Notes under the pieces: model-generated
What the model was told of the DNA's origin: nothing
The model's input: the letters and a program-made list of their open reading frames with translations, nothing else
Database searches by the model: none
Translations under genes and position numbers: made by a program
Assembly (NCBI GenBank): GCA_963730185.1
Contig: CAVSQW010000007.1
Span: 160,001-224,000, forward strand
DNA length: 64,000 nucleotides
Source of the DNA: an uncultured Gemmatimonadales bacterium
GTDB lineage: Bacteria > Gemmatimonadota > Gemmatimonadetes > Gemmatimonadales > GWC2-71-9
Reading direction: 5' to 3'
Shown: positions 62,016-64,000 of the stretch, one piece after another
Layout of the letters: each line of letters begins with the position of its first letter
Numbering within the stretch: position 1 is the stretch's first letter

Positions 62016-62195
62016 CGGCGAGCGGCTGGCTGCAGCGGGCCCCGTCTGGCTACATGGGGTGGGCGCTCGAGATGCCGTCGGCCGCCGCCCTCGATTCGGT
62101 GCTCGAAGCGGACCCGCATCAAGGCCGGAACGGGCGCCTGCCCGGCGCCGGGAGCCTCTACTTTGGCTCGGTGGTGGGAGCCGCCCCCTGAGCCC

Positions 62196-62912
62196 TCAGA
62201 GGAGCCGGCGAAGGATCAGGACGGAGGCCGATCCGGCGCAGACGATCAGGATCAGCCGGCGGAGCAGGGTGCGGCTCACGGCGGCCATGGCGCGGTGCGA
62301 GGCCTGGTAGCCGATCAACACCCCGGGGAAGAGGGCGACGGCATCGATTGCTTCCGGCCCGCCCAGGTGGCCGCTTAGGGCGAGCCCGGCCAGGGTGAGC
62401 AGGCCGCCGAGGAGGAAGTACGCCGACAGGGTCGCCCGGATGCTCGGGCCGGCCTCGTGTTGGTAGAGGAGCGCCATCGGCGGGCCGCCGACCGAGCTGG
62501 TCGTGGCCATGAAACCCGACACCACGCCGGCGCCCAGCAGATTCCGGGGCCGGAGTCGGAGCGAGAGGCCCAGCCCGCTGATCACCACCGCGCCGAGGAC
62601 CAGGCTGCCGAGCAGGAGATCGGTGCCGCCGGTCGAGACCCGGTCCAGCACCGCCACGGCCAGCACGATGCCGCCCACCCGCCCGGCGAGAGACCAGCCC
62701 AGGTCGGCCCGCCGGATGTCGCTCCACTCTCGCCGGGTCATCAGCAGGGTGAGCAGGATGGAGGCCGCGACGACGGGCCCCGGCACGAAGCGATGGTCGA
62801 TCAGGGCAAGGAGCGGAGCCGAGAAGAGACCCATCCCGAAGCCGACGGTGCCCTGGAGGAACGCCCCGGTGCCGATGATCAGAGTGGCGATGACGAAGGT
62901 CGGCCAGCTCAC
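62196..62912 (-). CDS. TauE/SafE family sulfite exporter
   Basis: QG.VGFG.G and GGPP motifs, multiple TM helices. Confidence 0.85.
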   Translation of the reverse strand: MSWPTFVIATLIIGTGAFLQGTVGFGMGLFSAPLLALIDHRFVPGPVVAASILLTLLMTRREWSDIRRADLGWSLAGRVGGIVLAVAVLDRVSTGGTDLLLGSLVLGAVVISGLGLSLRLRPRNLLGAGVVSGFMATTSSVGGPPMALLYQHEAGPSIRATLSAYFLLGGLLTLAGLALSGHLGGPEAIDAVALFPGVLIGYQASHRAMAAVSRTLLRRLILIVCAGSASVLILRRLL

Positions 62913-63514
62913 CCGCGGGCGCCCGGGGCGATGGTGAGGCCGTCCCGTCGGGTGAACGTCGTATAGAAGCCCTGAATGGCCGCAATGTCCGCCGGCATGT
63001 CGCCGGTCGGTTCGAAGGCCGGCAACAGGCCCACCGTCTTCCGACTCCAGTCGAAGAATCCGGGAACGATCGGCACCCGCGCCTTGGCCGCGATTCGATA
63101 GAAGCCGGTCTTCCAGCGGGCGCCGTGGCGGCGGGTTCCCTCCGGGGCCAACCCGAGGACCATGCCCGCCGTCCGGGCGAACTGGTCGACCACCTGATCG
63201 ATGATGCCTTCGGGGTTGGCCCGGTCTACCGCCACGCCGCCCATCGATCGGAGGAGCCAACCGAGCGGACCCCGGAAGAGCTCGGTCTTGCCGATGAAGC
63301 GCACCCGGACGCCCATCGCCATCATGAACGAGATCCCGATCACGAAGTCCCAGGCGGACGAGTGGGGCGCGGCGATCACGACCAGATGGGAGCGGTCGGG
63401 GAAGGCGCCTTCCGTCCGCCATCCTAGGAAGCGGAGGGTGGTCCGTCCCAGCCAGCGCGTGAAGGCATTCCCCCGGCGAGGCAGGGGTGACGTGGGGCCC
63501 GGCTGGTTCGGCAT
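62909..63514 (-). CDS. Lysophospholipid (1-acyl-sn-glycerol-3-phosphate) acyltransferase family
   Basis: PHSS.WD (HxxxxD), PEGTR and WKTGFY motifs. Confidence 0.9.
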   Translation of the reverse strand: MPNQPGPTSPLPRRGNAFTRWLGRTTLRFLGWRTEGAFPDRSHLVVIAAPHSSAWDFVIGISFMMAMGVRVRFIGKTELFRGPLGWLLRSMGGVAVDRANPEGIIDQVVDQFARTAGMVLGLAPEGTRRHGARWKTGFYRIAAKARVPIVPGFFDWSRKTVGLLPAFEPTGDMPADIAAIQGFYTTFTRRDGLTIAPGARG

Positions 63515-63563
63515 GGCGGGAACCATGCAGCCGGGACCGCGTTCAGTCAACGCGTCGGTGGGG

Positions 63564-64000
63564 TCAGCCCCCGAGATGGTCGATCAGGTTGCCGGTGGTT
63601 TGGCGGAGCATCTGCGCGATGGCGGTGGCGATCGCCAGGGTCAGGGTGACGCCGAGGGCGGGAGACTCCTCGCAGAGCCGGTGAAAGTCGGCGCGGCTCA
63701 GGATCAGCAGATCGGTGGGAACCGCGGTGACCGCCGTGGCCGACCGGGCGGCGCCGTCGATCAGCGACATCTCGCCCACCATCTTGCCGTTCCCCACCCG
63801 GGCCACCACTCGGCTCTGCTCGGCGCTGTCGGCCTTCAAGATCTCGAGCTGCCCGCCGGCGACGATGGCGAGGAAGGCGTCGTGGTCGCCCTCGTGGAAC
63901 ACGGTCTTCCCAACCGCGAAGTGGTACTGGCGGAGGTAGCGGGCCAGCCCCCGGAGGTCGGCCCAGCTGTGGCGCATGGCCCACGAGGTGCCGTCGAGGA
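63564..64000 (-). CDS. Cyclic-nucleotide-binding domain protein (5' end truncated by window)
   Basis: VFHEGD, GEMSLID and RSAT cNMP-binding motifs. Confidence 0.85.
   Translation of the reverse strand, partial: LDGTSWAMRHSWADLRGLARYLRQYHFAVGKTVFHEGDHDAFLAIVAGGQLEILKADSAEQSRVVARVGNGKMVGEMSLIDGAARSATAVTAVPTDLLILSRADFHRLCEESPALGVTLTLAIATAIAQMLRQTTGNLIDHLGG

Overview
This is a high-GC bacterial chromosomal segment. Gene content and style suggest Gemmatimonadota (inference, not a database result). Most of it is housekeeping: a TamB-like gene, a lipid kinase, acpS, an FTR1 iron permease, a long minus-strand run tgt-yajC-def-fmt-thiE/tenI-thiS-thiG-rsmB-PASTA-rpe-tlpA-tsaD-lgt, tRNA-Leu(TAG)-tig-clpP-clpX-engB, degP and dnaK. 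It also carries signalling genes (FHA-GAF adenylate cyclase, PilB/GspE ATPase fused to a receiver domain, Hpt, hybrid kinase, LytS/LytTR, PadR with an ADOP permease). The most notable element is a translationally coupled three-gene cassette at 22131-25886. It encodes a glutaminase-deficient asparagine-synthetase-like ligase, a radical SAM enzyme resembling archaeal archaeosine RaSEA, and a flavin-dependent halogenase-like protein. It lies upstream of a double type-1-copper lipoprotein and a tgt with an altered base pocket. Several genes (TonB receptor, S10 peptidase, dnaK, ADOP permease, LytTR regulator, GNAT) are frameshifted, probably mostly from long-read consensus errors. I saw no CRISPR array, rRNA or mobile element.
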